Below, one piece after another: positions 1 through 9,697 of a stretch of DNA of 64,000 bases. The translations under genes and the position numbers were made by a program. The notes beneath the pieces are model-generated. The model saw only the letters and a program-made list of their open reading frames with translations. It had not been told where the DNA came from and made no database searches. The stretch lies in assembly GCA_965202785.1 (NCBI GenBank), contig OZ241855.1, positions 1,579,465-1,643,464 on the forward strand, read 5' to 3'. Source of the stretch: Thermodesulfobacteriota bacterium (GTDB lineage: Bacteria > Desulfobacterota_D > UBA1144 > Nemesobacterales > Nemesobacteraceae). The stretch's first letter is position 1; every line of letters starts with the position of its first letter.

Positions 1-127
1 TAACCGGATCATGCCGGTGCTTGAATCCCGCTCCGAAGCCATAGCAACCGTAACTTAAAAGTCCGTCCATACAGGTAACGGATATCCGTAAACCCATACA
101 GCGCAAATTCCTCCCTGAAAATCTTTA

Positions 128-156
128 TTGACAACGGCCAGTTCTGAACATAATAA
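128..156 (+). promoter_or_regulatory. possible sigma70 promoter of the Cache-like gene
   Basis: Perfect TTGACA at 128-133 and an AT-rich -10-like region (CATAATAATAT) at 149-159; the -10 register is ambiguous. Confidence 0.4.
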
Positions 157-248
157 TATAGTACCAACTATCTGTTACTACACTTAAATCATCTGAAAAA
201 CAGGGGGGCTTAAACCATGAAACTTGCAGATATCTCCATGAGCAGAAT

Positions 249-259
249 GGGGGGGGGGG
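249..259 (+). repeat. G11 homopolymer at the 5' end of the Cache-like gene
   Basis: ATGGGGGGGGGGGTATGA at 247-264; upstream ATG at 217 (SD-like AGGGGGG at 202-208) is one base out of frame with the main ORF. Confidence 0.9.
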
Positions 260-260
260 T

Positions 261-1487
261 ATGAGGGTTTGGCGGCTCCTCCTTATATGCATAGGGATTA
301 CGGTCATTATACTGATTGCGAATGAGGTAAAGGCGCATGAACTCGATAATCATCCGGCTGACAGCATAGTCGCATCCCAAGTAGACCAGAACAACGAGGA
401 GCAGGTAAGAGCGCTACTGGAGCATCTTTCCGCCCACTGGACGGGCATGGTCGTGGACGAAGGATATACCGTTGACTCCTTGCTTGCCTTCAGAACCATC
501 CTCAGAATGAAAGCAGGACCATGGGCAAGCGATGACTTGTACGTAATTCGGTTGAACTCAACTGAAAGCGACATAACCATTCACCCTTACCACCCGGCCG
601 GGCAGAGCGGAAGACTTGACGACCCCGCAGGTATTGGACAAAGCCTTGCAGACAAAGCCACGGCCAACCCGGGAGAGATCCAATGTTCTCCCTACGCTCT
701 CGATGGAGAGCAAAGAGTCGCCTGCGCGATCAGCAACCCATTTTCCGGGAGAGGCATGCCCACCATAGGAACATTTATGGCAGGTTTTCACCATACCTTT
801 GAGGATATAAACTTCGATCATATAGTGTGTCCAGAGGCTAACCCCAAGGTTACAGCGGCCGACGTGGTGGATGACGAGACCCTTGAGGACTTCGTAAGGG
901 AAGCGACCTCTTACTTCCTGCCCATACTGCTAAGTGGAGATGCGCTTGTAAACCGTATATGCCTTAGAAGGTTCCCCTGGATAGATGGCCCCATATACCT
1001 GTTCAGGTCAGCTGTCGATTCGGGACAGGTTATCTTCCACGGAATATCCCCAGAGCTTGAAAACAACAGCTTCGCAGACCTCCGGGACCAGGCAGGCACC
1101 CTGATAGCAAGCCTCTTGAGGGAAGAGGCAAGATCCCAATCACCTTTGGAAGGCGGATTTGTGGAGTACTACTGGGACGACCCTACAACCCCTGATGACG
1201 ACCTTGACGTCACCGACCCCGAGGTTTGTCCTACAGGCCCAAAGACATGCGCAACGGGAACGAGTTTGAAAAGGACATTCATTATTTCCATTCCCAAAGA
1301 GCTGTCTGGCCTCGGGGATGATATGTTCATGGCAGCCGGAAGGTATATCGAGGAAGAGTCAGAGGGCGGATGCAGCCTTACACGCGATGGGAAGAAGCCC
1401 AGCCCCCTCAGCTACCTCATAGCCCTGCTTTTCATAGGTGGGATCCTAGCTGTCAGTGTAACTGTAAAAGGAGAAACCAATGAATGA
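261..1487 (+). CDS. secreted protein with two Cache-like (sCache_2-type) units and a C-terminal GC-TM anchor
   Basis: Signal peptide (VKA|HELDNH); Cache-like segments IYLF..GQVIFHG..LRDQAG..GFVEYYWDDP; tail EGGCSL..LSYLIALLFIGGILAVSV; paralogue at 52795-53550. Confidence 0.7.
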   Translation: MRVWRLLLICIGITVIILIANEVKAHELDNHPADSIVASQVDQNNEEQVRALLEHLSAHWTGMVVDEGYTVDSLLAFRTILRMKAGPWASDDLYVIRLNSTESDITIHPYHPAGQSGRLDDPAGIGQSLADKATANPGEIQCSPYALDGEQRVACAISNPFSGRGMPTIGTFMAGFHHTFEDINFDHIVCPEANPKVTAADVVDDETLEDFVREATSYFLPILLSGDALVNRICLRRFPWIDGPIYLFRSAVDSGQVIFHGISPELENNSFADLRDQAGTLIASLLREEARSQSPLEGGFVEYYWDDPTTPDDDLDVTDPEVCPTGPKTCATGTSLKRTFIISIPKELSGLGDDMFMAAGRYIEEESEGGCSLTRDGKKPSPLSYLIALLFIGGILAVSVTVKGETNE

Positions 1488-1653
1488 ACCAACAAACAGT
1501 CAAATACTTCAAGAGTTGAGAGAGGTTAAACAAGTAGTCTCAAACCCAGACGTCAAAGTCTCAAATTTCATCAAGTTTTATTTGATGACTTGGGTCAATG
1601 TTCAAGACTCCACTCATCGGCTTGGTAATTTTAGCCTTGACCTTCCCGGTTGA
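1480..1653 (+). pseudogene. small coiled-coil ORF, probably frameshifted
   Basis: AAGGAG SD, then ATG at 1480: MNEPTNSQILQELREVKQVVSN...; a hydrophobic stretch (LIGLVILALTF) follows in another frame from 1598. Confidence 0.35.
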
Positions 1654-1669
1654 CTTTTCTTTGATTCCT

Positions 1670-1798
1670 ACAACGGGAGGCATACTCAACATCGGCAACG
1701 AGGGTCAGTCCCGTCTCGATCAGGATGAAGATCAGGTGCTGTATCTGGATTCCATGCTGGGACGAACACTGTTTCTTACTACCAAGTTTGACCTTTAA
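1670..1798 (+). pseudogene. remnant resembling the C-terminus of a TonB-dependent receptor
   Basis: GGILNIGNEG..LDSMLGRTLFLTTKFDL* resembles the G-x-x-N...GRT-x-F-x terminal strands of TBDRs; nothing upstream encodes the barrel. Confidence 0.45.
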
Positions 1799-1805
1799 TA
1801 CTTAG

Positions 1806-4400
1806 CTATTTCCTTTCGAAAATGAAGTTCCCTTCTTTGCCCAGATCCACTTTCACCGTGGTTGAATCCTTGAAATTTCCTTTCAATATCTGGTTTGCGA
1901 GCGGATCCTGTATGTATTTCTGTACGGCACGTTTAAGCGGTCTTGCCCCGAAAACGGGATCGTAACCAATATCAACCAGCCTTGTAACGGCTTTCTCGGA
2001 GAGTTCCATGGCGAGATTTTTCTCCGCAAGCCTCTCTCTTAGATATCCTATCTGGATCTCGGCTATCTTAATGAGGTCTGTTTTTTTCAGACCGCTGAAT
2101 ATGACAACTTCGTCAATTCTGTTTAGAAATTCGGGACGAAAATAATTCCTGAGCATCTCGCTTACTTTATTTTCCATTTCCTCGCTGCTCCCTGACGATT
2201 CCTGTATGTTCTGGCTTCCCAGGTTCGAGGTCATTATTATTACGGTGTTGCGGAAGTCCACGGTTCTCCCCCGTCCATCGGTCAGTCTTCCGTCGTCAAG
2301 AATCTGAAGCAGGAGGTTAAATACATCGGAGTGCGCTTTTTCTATCTCGTCAAAAAGCACCACGGAGTAGGGTCGTCTCCTCACGGTTTCCGAGAGCTGT
2401 CCCCCTTCCTCGTATCCGACATACCCGGGAGGAGCTCCGATCAGTCTTGATACTGAGTGCTTCTCCATATACTCGCTCATGTCAATTCGTACAATCGCAT
2501 CTTCATCGTCAAACATGAATTCGGCAAGCGATCTGGCAAGTTCAGTTTTCCCGACCCCTGTAGGCCCGAGGAATATAAACGAGCTTATCGGCCTTTTCGG
2601 ATCGGAGAGGCCGGCCCTTGACCTGCGAAGCGCGTTTGAGACCAGACTTATGGGCTCCGGCTGTCCCACCACCCGCTTCGAGAGTCTTTCTTCCATATGA
2701 ACGAGCTTCTCGACCTCCTCCTCAACCAGGCTTGATACCGGTATTCCCGTCCATTTCGATACAACCGCGGCTATATCCTCGGCACTTACTTCCTCGCGAA
2801 GCATCTTCCTTTGACTCTGTATTTCGGAAAGCTCCGCGCCTAGGCTCTCCATATTTTTCTCAAGCTCCGGGATTCTGCCGTAAAGAAATTCCGATGCGCG
2901 GGAGAGGTCTCCTTCTCTCTGTGCTCTCTCCGCATCCATTCTTCCGGTTTCTATTTCTTCCTTGGTCTTTCTTATCCTCGATATGCAGTCTTTTTCCTTC
3001 TGCCAGTGCGTCTCAAGTGTCTCTGCTTCCTCTTTTAGTTCTGAGAGGTTTTTTTCAATCCTTTTAAGCTTTCCAAGAAGTTCAGGCTCCTGCTCTTTTC
3101 TGAATCCCTCCCTTTCTATCTCAAGGCGCATTATCTTTCTTTTTATTTCATCTATCTCCGTCGGCACGGAGTCAATCTCCATCTTGAGCCGCGCCGAAGC
3201 CTCATCCATGAGATCAACGGCCTTATCCGGCAGAAACCGCCCGGAGATATACCTGTTTGAAAGCTGGGAGGCGGCAACAAGGGCTTCATCCTTGATTTTT
3301 ACGCCGTGATGAACTTCATATTTTTCCTTAAGGCCCCTTAGTATTGACACGGTTTCCTCCACGGAAGGTTCATCAACATAGACCTGCTGGAACCTGCGCT
3401 CAAGGGCTGCGTCCTTTTCTATGTGATTTCTGTATTCATCAAGAGTGGTCGCACCTATGCAGTGAAGTTCTCCACGTGCCAAGGCCGGCTTTAGCATGTT
3501 TGACGCGTCCATAGCTCCATCGGCCGCTCCGGCTCCAACTACGGTGTGTATCTCGTCTATGAAAAGAATTATCTCTCCTCGGGATTCCGTGACTTCGTTT
3601 AATACGGCCTTGAGTCTCTCCTCGAACTGTCCCCTGTACTTTGCTCCTGCAAGCAGGGACCCCAGATCAAGGGAAACCAGCTTTTTGTCTTTAAGTCCCT
3701 CGGGAACGTCAGAGTCAACCATGCGCTGGGCGAGCCCTTCGACTATGGCCGTTTTCCCCACTCCGGGTTCCCCTATAAGTACCGGGTTGTTCTTCGTTCT
3801 TCGAAGAAGTACCCGGATCACGTTTCTTATCTCGTCGTCTCTTCCTATGACAGGATCTATCTTCCCGCTTCGGGCAAGTTCGGTGAAATCCTTTCCGTAC
3901 TGGCGAAGCGGCTCCATGGTGTCTTCAGGATTCTGCGTGTTCACTGTCTGGTTACCTCTCAGTTCTTTCAGTACTTTTAAGATTCCTTCCTTAGTCACCC
4001 CTGATTCTGAAAATCCGTTTCTCAGCGCCCCGGAGGCGTGAGAAACAACTCCAATCAACAGATGTTCCGTGCTTACGTATGCATCTCCAAGATGCTGGGC
4101 TTCCTTCTCGGCTGACCGGATGGCAGAGCCAAGCTCTCTGCTCATGTATATCTGGTCGGAGGACTCTCTTGCCTTGGGAAGCCTGGATATTTGCTCTTCT
4201 GCCGTCCGCACAAGCACTTTGGGATCCGACCCCAGGCGTTCCAGGATTTTGGTCGGCATCCCGGGCTGACTCCCAAGGGCCGCGAACAGATGGGGCAGGT
4301 CAATTACCTGATTTCCGCTCTCGCTAGCCGCGTTTTGAGCCTCCAAGATAGCTTCTTGCGCTTTCAAAGTGAATTTTTCGGGCGAAATCATCTCAGACAC
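1806..4400 (-). CDS. clpB: ATP-dependent chaperone ClpB
   Basis: Two AAA+ modules ([16 protein letters not shown]), GAKYRG and GYVG pore loops, coiled-coil middle domain, 864 aa. Confidence 0.97.
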   Translation of the reverse strand: MSEMISPEKFTLKAQEAILEAQNAASESGNQVIDLPHLFAALGSQPGMPTKILERLGSDPKVLVRTAEEQISRLPKARESSDQIYMSRELGSAIRSAEKEAQHLGDAYVSTEHLLIGVVSHASGALRNGFSESGVTKEGILKVLKELRGNQTVNTQNPEDTMEPLRQYGKDFTELARSGKIDPVIGRDDEIRNVIRVLLRRTKNNPVLIGEPGVGKTAIVEGLAQRMVDSDVPEGLKDKKLVSLDLGSLLAGAKYRGQFEERLKAVLNEVTESRGEIILFIDEIHTVVGAGAADGAMDASNMLKPALARGELHCIGATTLDEYRNHIEKDAALERRFQQVYVDEPSVEETVSILRGLKEKYEVHHGVKIKDEALVAASQLSNRYISGRFLPDKAVDLMDEASARLKMEIDSVPTEIDEIKRKIMRLEIEREGFRKEQEPELLGKLKRIEKNLSELKEEAETLETHWQKEKDCISRIRKTKEEIETGRMDAERAQREGDLSRASEFLYGRIPELEKNMESLGAELSEIQSQRKMLREEVSAEDIAAVVSKWTGIPVSSLVEEEVEKLVHMEERLSKRVVGQPEPISLVSNALRRSRAGLSDPKRPISSFIFLGPTGVGKTELARSLAEFMFDDEDAIVRIDMSEYMEKHSVSRLIGAPPGYVGYEEGGQLSETVRRRPYSVVLFDEIEKAHSDVFNLLLQILDDGRLTDGRGRTVDFRNTVIIMTSNLGSQNIQESSGSSEEMENKVSEMLRNYFRPEFLNRIDEVVIFSGLKKTDLIKIAEIQIGYLRERLAEKNLAMELSEKAVTRLVDIGYDPVFGARPLKRAVQKYIQDPLANQILKGNFKDSTTVKVDLGKEGNFIFERK

Positions 4401-4573
4401 AAAATAATTCTTCTCTGCGCGGAATCAAGGAATCGCCTGAAATTGAAAACCGGGGGAGGTATATAAAAAGATTGCGCAATAGACCCCGAATGCGGTTAAA
4501 ACACCGTACGCACAACTTGGCTGCACAGAAAAAAACGGGAGATTTAAAGAGCGCTGATTAAAACGTGTCTGCG

Positions 4574-5728
4574 TTATTTCCCGAGGATGCTCACAACACA
4601 GGTAATTCCGTCCATGGCGGGCTGGGCGCCTCCCATGGTTTCGATGATGCCGACTTTCGCGTCTTTTACCTGACGTTCCGGCTCAACTTCCTCTCGCAGC
4701 TGTTTCACGATCTCGGCAGTCTGAAGAAGTCCGGTAGCTCCGACCGGATGTCCCCGTGAAAGCAGGCCCCCGCTAGGATTAACTGCGACTCTATCGCCTC
4801 CAACCCACGTGCTTTTTTCGTCTATGAGGGTCGCTCCCTCTCCCTTCTCGCAGAAGCCGAGAGATTCAACAACCATCATCTCCGCTATTGAGAAAGCATC
4901 GTGAATTTCAGCCACGTCCATGTCCTCGGGTCCCAGTCCCGCCATTTCGTAAGCCATCTGGGAAGTTCTCCAGACGTTCTCGGAAGGATCACAGGTAAGA
5001 CCCGTGGGGCTGCTGTATTTGCCCGACTGCGCGACGCAGCCCAGGATTTTTATCGGCATCTTTTTAGCGAGCTCTCCGACATGTTCCTCGGAACACAGCA
5101 CCGCGGCAGCGGCGGCGTCTCCGACGGGACAGCACATGTTCCGCGTAAGCGGGTCGGCGATAACCGGCGCGTTGAGTACTTCCTCCACGGTCGTAGGCTT
5201 TCTGTACTGGGCAAGGGGGTTAAGCGAAGCATGATGGCGACTCTTTACGACGACTTCCGCCAGCTGCTCCAACGTGACTCCGTATTCTTCCATATATTTT
5301 GAAGCTCTTATGGCGTAGAGTCCGGGCATTCCCATGCCGATTGACACCTCAAGGTCATCTTCCTCAAGGGGCAGGGGGCCACCGGAGAGAATTCTGCTCA
5401 GATTCTCAACGCCGAGAGCGAGCGCTATGTCGTACTGACCGTAGGCTATGGTTCTCCAGGCTTCCCAAAGGGAAAGCGTTCCGCTCCCGCAGGCTCCCTC
5501 CACGTTTATGGTGGGCTGTCCGACGAGTCCTATATCCTTAAGCGCTCTCTGCCCGACTCCCATGCCCTGGTAGACATGGCCGCAAAAGGCGATTTCTATC
5601 TTTCGCGCGTGAATTCCCGAGTCCTGTATCGCGGCCCATGCGGCTTCTCTTGCGAGAATGTGAGCCGGTTTGTCGGGAAATCTTCCGCAGGCGGTGTTTC
5701 CCACTCCTATGATGTATACGTCTCTCAT
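4574..5728 (-). CDS. thiolase family protein (SCP2/lipid-transfer type)
   Basis: NVEGACGSG, EIHDAF and GGLLSRGHPVGATG motifs. Confidence 0.9.
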   Translation of the reverse strand: MRDVYIIGVGNTACGRFPDKPAHILAREAAWAAIQDSGIHARKIEIAFCGHVYQGMGVGQRALKDIGLVGQPTINVEGACGSGTLSLWEAWRTIAYGQYDIALALGVENLSRILSGGPLPLEEDDLEVSIGMGMPGLYAIRASKYMEEYGVTLEQLAEVVVKSRHHASLNPLAQYRKPTTVEEVLNAPVIADPLTRNMCCPVGDAAAAAVLCSEEHVGELAKKMPIKILGCVAQSGKYSSPTGLTCDPSENVWRTSQMAYEMAGLGPEDMDVAEIHDAFSIAEMMVVESLGFCEKGEGATLIDEKSTWVGGDRVAVNPSGGLLSRGHPVGATGLLQTAEIVKQLREEVEPERQVKDAKVGIIETMGGAQPAMDGITCVVSILGK

Positions 5729-5915
5729 TAATAACTCCTCCTGCTTGCGCTATAAATTCGGCGATAAATGTATACCAAATTATCCATATTGTAAAATTTG
5801 AGGATTTTTGATTTTTGATGATGAAATTTCCATGATTTAGTGGTATGATGTTCGGAGATGTTAAACAGTTTTAGCTTTATTTTGAAGAAAAATACCCAGA
5901 TAGGAGGTTATTAAT

Positions 5916-6932
5916 ATGAGTGATGTACCAAGTGCCAGCGAAGTTGGTAATATCATGGACACCTTCAGTTCCATAGGACTAAGAAGGTCCATCAGGTGGT
6001 ATGAACCGAATCAGACCGTTGAGAAGTGGAAGGTTCAGGCCATGCTGGAAGCTGCCAGGCTTTCTCCTACGGCAGGCAACTTCAATGGGCAAAGAGCAAT
6101 AGTTGTATACAGGGATGAAGATCCGGAAATATGGGAGTTTATATCCGACTGGAGTCAGATCACAACGCAGATGGCTCCCGTGCTTATCTTCTGGTGCTAT
6201 GACATGGGCAACTACGACACAATGGGTCAGTCTATCCACGACCTTCTAAGAACCGGAGCACTCGATAAGGCGCATGGCTGGGAATATGACAGGGTATCCA
6301 GACTGTTCCCGCTTCCTGCAATGCTTCCAGATGCGGTACTGCACCGGCTTGCCGCAATCGATCTTGGAAACGCGATACAGAATGCCTGTCTTGTTGCGAC
6401 ATCTTTGGGTCTCGGAACCTGTCTTAACGGTGCCAGCGGTGGAGCCAGAAGGAACACGAAAGCAAAATTCAATCTTCCGGACACTTACGTGTTCAGCTGG
6501 CTTATGACCGTCGGCTATCCCGCGGAGAGCATAGACGGCGGCGGAGCGAGGAGCCGTCCCCCGTTTGAAACCATGTTCTTCGAAAAACAGGTCGGAAACC
6601 CGTTCGAGAGAAATCCCGAGGTAGTAAAGCTTCTTGAGGATCTGAATATGCTTCAGCCGGCAGGACCCCTTCCCGGAAGACTTGAGGAGATCAACAAGCT
6701 TACCAGACGTTTCGGTCTCGGAGACGAGTGGCTTACGGACTGGCAGCTTGAAGGGTCCCAGCTTGGAGACCTTGCGGGAGACAAGAAACCTGCCCCCCTC
6801 AGTGCCGAGGAAATTCAGGCTACGGTCGCAGGTGCATCCGCTGACCCCTCGGGCTTTACCCTCAAACCGACGGTAAAGCGGGAGGAGATCCAGAAGTACA
6901 GAGAGGCAAAAGGCATAGGAGATGCCGACTAG
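5916..6932 (+). CDS. nitroreductase family flavoprotein with C-terminal extension
   Basis: RRSIRWY, LEAARLSPTAGN, ATSLGLGTC, VGYP; strong GGAGG SD. Confidence 0.85.
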   Translation: MSDVPSASEVGNIMDTFSSIGLRRSIRWYEPNQTVEKWKVQAMLEAARLSPTAGNFNGQRAIVVYRDEDPEIWEFISDWSQITTQMAPVLIFWCYDMGNYDTMGQSIHDLLRTGALDKAHGWEYDRVSRLFPLPAMLPDAVLHRLAAIDLGNAIQNACLVATSLGLGTCLNGASGGARRNTKAKFNLPDTYVFSWLMTVGYPAESIDGGGARSRPPFETMFFEKQVGNPFERNPEVVKLLEDLNMLQPAGPLPGRLEEINKLTRRFGLGDEWLTDWQLEGSQLGDLAGDKKPAPLSAEEIQATVAGASADPSGFTLKPTVKREEIQKYREAKGIGDAD

Positions 6933-6965
6933 TTCTAAACAAAAAAAAACAAGGAGGTTTTGGTA

Positions 6966-7157
6966 ATGGCAGAGATAACGCTCAATATTCCAGATCCGAT
7001 TCATGACAGAATAAAGAGAAGGGCCGAGCAAACCAAAAACAGCGACATTGGTATTATAATCGCTACTCTGGCTCTTACTTTCGGCGCTGCGTTTTATGAC
7101 CATACAAAGTGGCTCCAGAATCTAGATGGAGTGGACGACAAGTCCAAGCCCTGGTAA
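6966..7157 (+). CDS. small protein, possible ribbon-helix-helix fold
   Basis: AAGGAGG SD; EITLNIPDPIHDRIKRRAE fits a beta-helix-helix pattern; terminator follows. Confidence 0.55.
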   Translation: MAEITLNIPDPIHDRIKRRAEQTKNSDIGIIIATLALTFGAAFYDHTKWLQNLDGVDDKSKPW

Positions 7158-7182
7158 GGTCACGGAAGTAAAAAACAGTTTG

Positions 7183-7223
7183 AAAAAAGGGGATGTTCGT
7201 GGAGACGGGCATCCCCTTTTTTT
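7183..7223. terminator. bidirectional rho-independent terminator
   Basis: AAAAAA-GGGGATGTTCGT-GGAG-ACGGGCATCCCC-TTTTTTT. Confidence 0.85.
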
Positions 7224-7337
7224 CTCCGTCGTGGCAACGAACGGGCATTAAGGGAAGAGAAAAGACAGTAAAAAGGCAAAAGGCGCAAACACGCCACAGA
7301 GCCGTTCCGTCCGGGCTGGATTCCGCTAACGACGCTT

Positions 7338-7626
7338 TTATTTCCACATCGCTCCAAAGGGAAGCAGCCAGAGACCTTCACCGAACGAACCGGCGATTTT
7401 TCCCGAATACAGAACGATGCCGACAAAGGGACGGTCCCCGGCAATTTTTTCCCTGAACCATCTCAGGTGCCGGAAGTCATTTCTCCCCGCCGTCGTACCT
7501 GTTTTCACCTCAACGCCCAGTATGGCACCGTCATCGCACTCAACGAGAAAGTCGATTTCTCGGCGATCCCGGTCGCGATAGTGGTAGAGCCTGTATTCAC
7601 CGTTTCAGTCACCCTGATTTCAGCAT
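7338..7626 (-). pseudogene. remnant of a COG1373-type AAA ATPase (DUF4143 C-terminal domain only)
   Basis: Minus frame 7604->7338, absent from the ORF track: YRLYHYRDRDRREIDFLVE..GVEVK..DFRHL..GIVLYSG..LW; in-frame stop just upstream; out-of-frame ATG at 7626. Confidence 0.75.
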
Positions 7627-7695
7627 TAAGAGTTCCGCTATTTTTATAATACAAGCTTCGCAGTTTTACCAATAAGAGCTTCGCAGTTTTTATAA
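7627..7695. repeat. three imperfect 23-bp tandem repeats
   Basis: TAAGAGTTCCGCTATTTTTATAA / TACAAGCTTCGCAGTTTTACCAA / TAAGAGCTTCGCAGTTTTTATAA. Confidence 0.85.
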
Positions 7696-7802
7696 CAGAA
7701 CTGGAATAATTTTATCAGTCATCAGATATTGACGACATTCGTACGGAACGGAGAGTGAAAAGACCGGCAGCCTAAAACCGGCAAAAGAAGAACTCAGACA
7801 GG

Positions 7803-9542
7803 CTAACCGTATAGACCTAGCGGCACAGGCCGCGCAGTATCTTCCGGCTTTTTTCTGAGGACGAAGTTCATGCCTTCCGGGTCAGCTTCGATTTGTTCAA
7901 CTGATTTCTCTATATGAAGAAATAATCCTTTGAAATCTCTACCGTTTTTCGCCGATACAAGCGGGGATCCGGGAAATGCCTCGCGAAGCGCCGCTTCTGT
8001 TTCTGCATCCGCTTGGTCAGTCTTGTTAAACACAAGAATGCTGGGAATATCCTCGTATTCCATGGATTTCAGTATTTTCGTTACCGACTCTATTTTCTCT
8101 CTGACATCGGGATTGCTCGCGTCGGCGACATGGATAAGCAGGTCGGCTTCCCCTATTTCTTCAAGCGTGGCTCGAAAGGCATTCAGGAGTTCACGGGGGA
8201 GCTTGCTTATAAAGCCCACCGTATCGGTCATAAGTACCTGTTTTCCCCCTGGAAGCATGACTTTTCTTGTCGTGGGGTTGAGGGTTGAGAAAAGCTTGTT
8301 CTGGGTAACAACGGAGGATTTTGTCAGTCGATTAAAAAGCGTGGATTTGCCTACGTTCGTGTACCCGATAAAGGAAACAGTAGGGATTTTAGAAATTTTC
8401 CTGTTTTTTCTCGTGTGTTCCCGTCTTCTGCAGAGACCGTCGATCTGTTTTTCGAGCTGTTCGATCTGTTTTCTTATGTTTCTTCTTTCCTGCTCGAGCT
8501 TCTTTTCTCCGGGACCTCTTGTGCCTATCCCGCCCCCCAGCTGGGAAAAAGCCGTTCCCTTGCCTTTAAGTCTCGGCAAATTGTATTGGAATTCGGCAAG
8601 CCTTGCCTGAATTTTTCCTTCGTTTGTCTTAGCGTGTTTTGCAAATATCTGTATTATCAGTTGGCTTCGGTCCATTATATCAAGACCGGACTCTTCCCCG
8701 ATAGCATTTGCTTGGGCGGGGGTAAGTTCCGTGTCAAAAATGATGGTGTCGGCCCCAAGGTGTTTGGCGTGAAGGGCAATCTCCCTGAGTTTTCCTCTGC
8801 CGACGAGATAACGGGGATCAACGTTCTTTCTTATCTGAACCATCTTATCGAGCACTATCTTCTCTGCGGAGAGAGCCAGGGAATTGAGCTCCTCAAGAGA
8901 TTTCTCGGCCAGGTAGCGAAACTTGGTGCCAAACCCCACAAGTATGACTCCCTCCCTGTTTTCCTTGCCCCCGTTCTTGAAAAAAGCGTTCCTTAGGGAG
9001 TGTTCTATGCCATTTATTTCCTGTTTGAGGTTGATATTTATGCGGCCTACGTCGGAAAACTCTGAAATCTCCCACTTGGAGAGGTTTTCTCCGTCTGGTG
9101 GGACGAGATTCGCATATTCGAAACGTCCCGCTGAATCGTTTTGGCCTGAAGACACCGAAGCTACCAGGTCGAGTCTTTCGTTTGCCAGGGTTGCCAGATC
9201 AGAATTCGTAAGACCGGATCCCTTGAGGTTGGTTCTTACGGCGCGAAACCCCCTGAGGCGGTATTTCGCTCTCCTCCTTCTTCCGAGCAGTTTTTCAAAG
9301 GGAAAATCGCAGGGCTCTCCGATGAAGACGAATCTTACCTTGCCCTTGCGGTCGATAAATGCCGTTATGGTTTTTTGGAGTTCCTTCGAGAAGGCTAAGA
9401 GAGTACGGGTGAATTCAAGTGTTACAAGACGATCCTGAGGAATTTTCCTCTTGTATATTCTGAGCAGGTTCTTCAGGTCGCTTCTGGTGAGACCTGAGGT
9501 GTTTCCATGGATTCTGTCTATCTTTTGTCCCCCTTGAAGCAT
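7803..9542 (-). CDS. hflX: GTPase HflX, long form with N-terminal extension
   Basis: GTRGPGE, GYTNVGKST, DTVGFI and NKTD motifs. Confidence 0.95.
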   Translation of the reverse strand: MLQGGQKIDRIHGNTSGLTRSDLKNLLRIYKRKIPQDRLVTLEFTRTLLAFSKELQKTITAFIDRKGKVRFVFIGEPCDFPFEKLLGRRRRAKYRLRGFRAVRTNLKGSGLTNSDLATLANERLDLVASVSSGQNDSAGRFEYANLVPPDGENLSKWEISEFSDVGRININLKQEINGIEHSLRNAFFKNGGKENREGVILVGFGTKFRYLAEKSLEELNSLALSAEKIVLDKMVQIRKNVDPRYLVGRGKLREIALHAKHLGADTIIFDTELTPAQANAIGEESGLDIMDRSQLIIQIFAKHAKTNEGKIQARLAEFQYNLPRLKGKGTAFSQLGGGIGTRGPGEKKLEQERRNIRKQIEQLEKQIDGLCRRREHTRKNRKISKIPTVSFIGYTNVGKSTLFNRLTKSSVVTQNKLFSTLNPTTRKVMLPGGKQVLMTDTVGFISKLPRELLNAFRATLEEIGEADLLIHVADASNPDVREKIESVTKILKSMEYEDIPSILVFNKTDQADAETEAALREAFPGSPLVSAKNGRDFKGLFLHIEKSVEQIEADPEGMNFVLRKKPEDTARPVPLGLYG

Positions 9543-9697
9543 ATATTATTATATCGAGCAAAGAATTTGAAGCGTTTTCAGCGAAGAATGAGAAAAAACT
9601 TGCCGATTTGCCGATTTTTCAACACTTAAAACGGCAAAGTTTTTTTGTCCGCGGACTCCAGGCAGAAAGCGGGAAGTCGGGGTAATACGCAGTGGAA

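Noticed and set aside
4401-4573. CIRCE heat-shock operator before clpB
   Set aside because: No TTAGCACTC-N9-GAGTGCTAA match
7627-7695. CRISPR mini-array
   Set aside because: Units are directly tandem with no unique spacers
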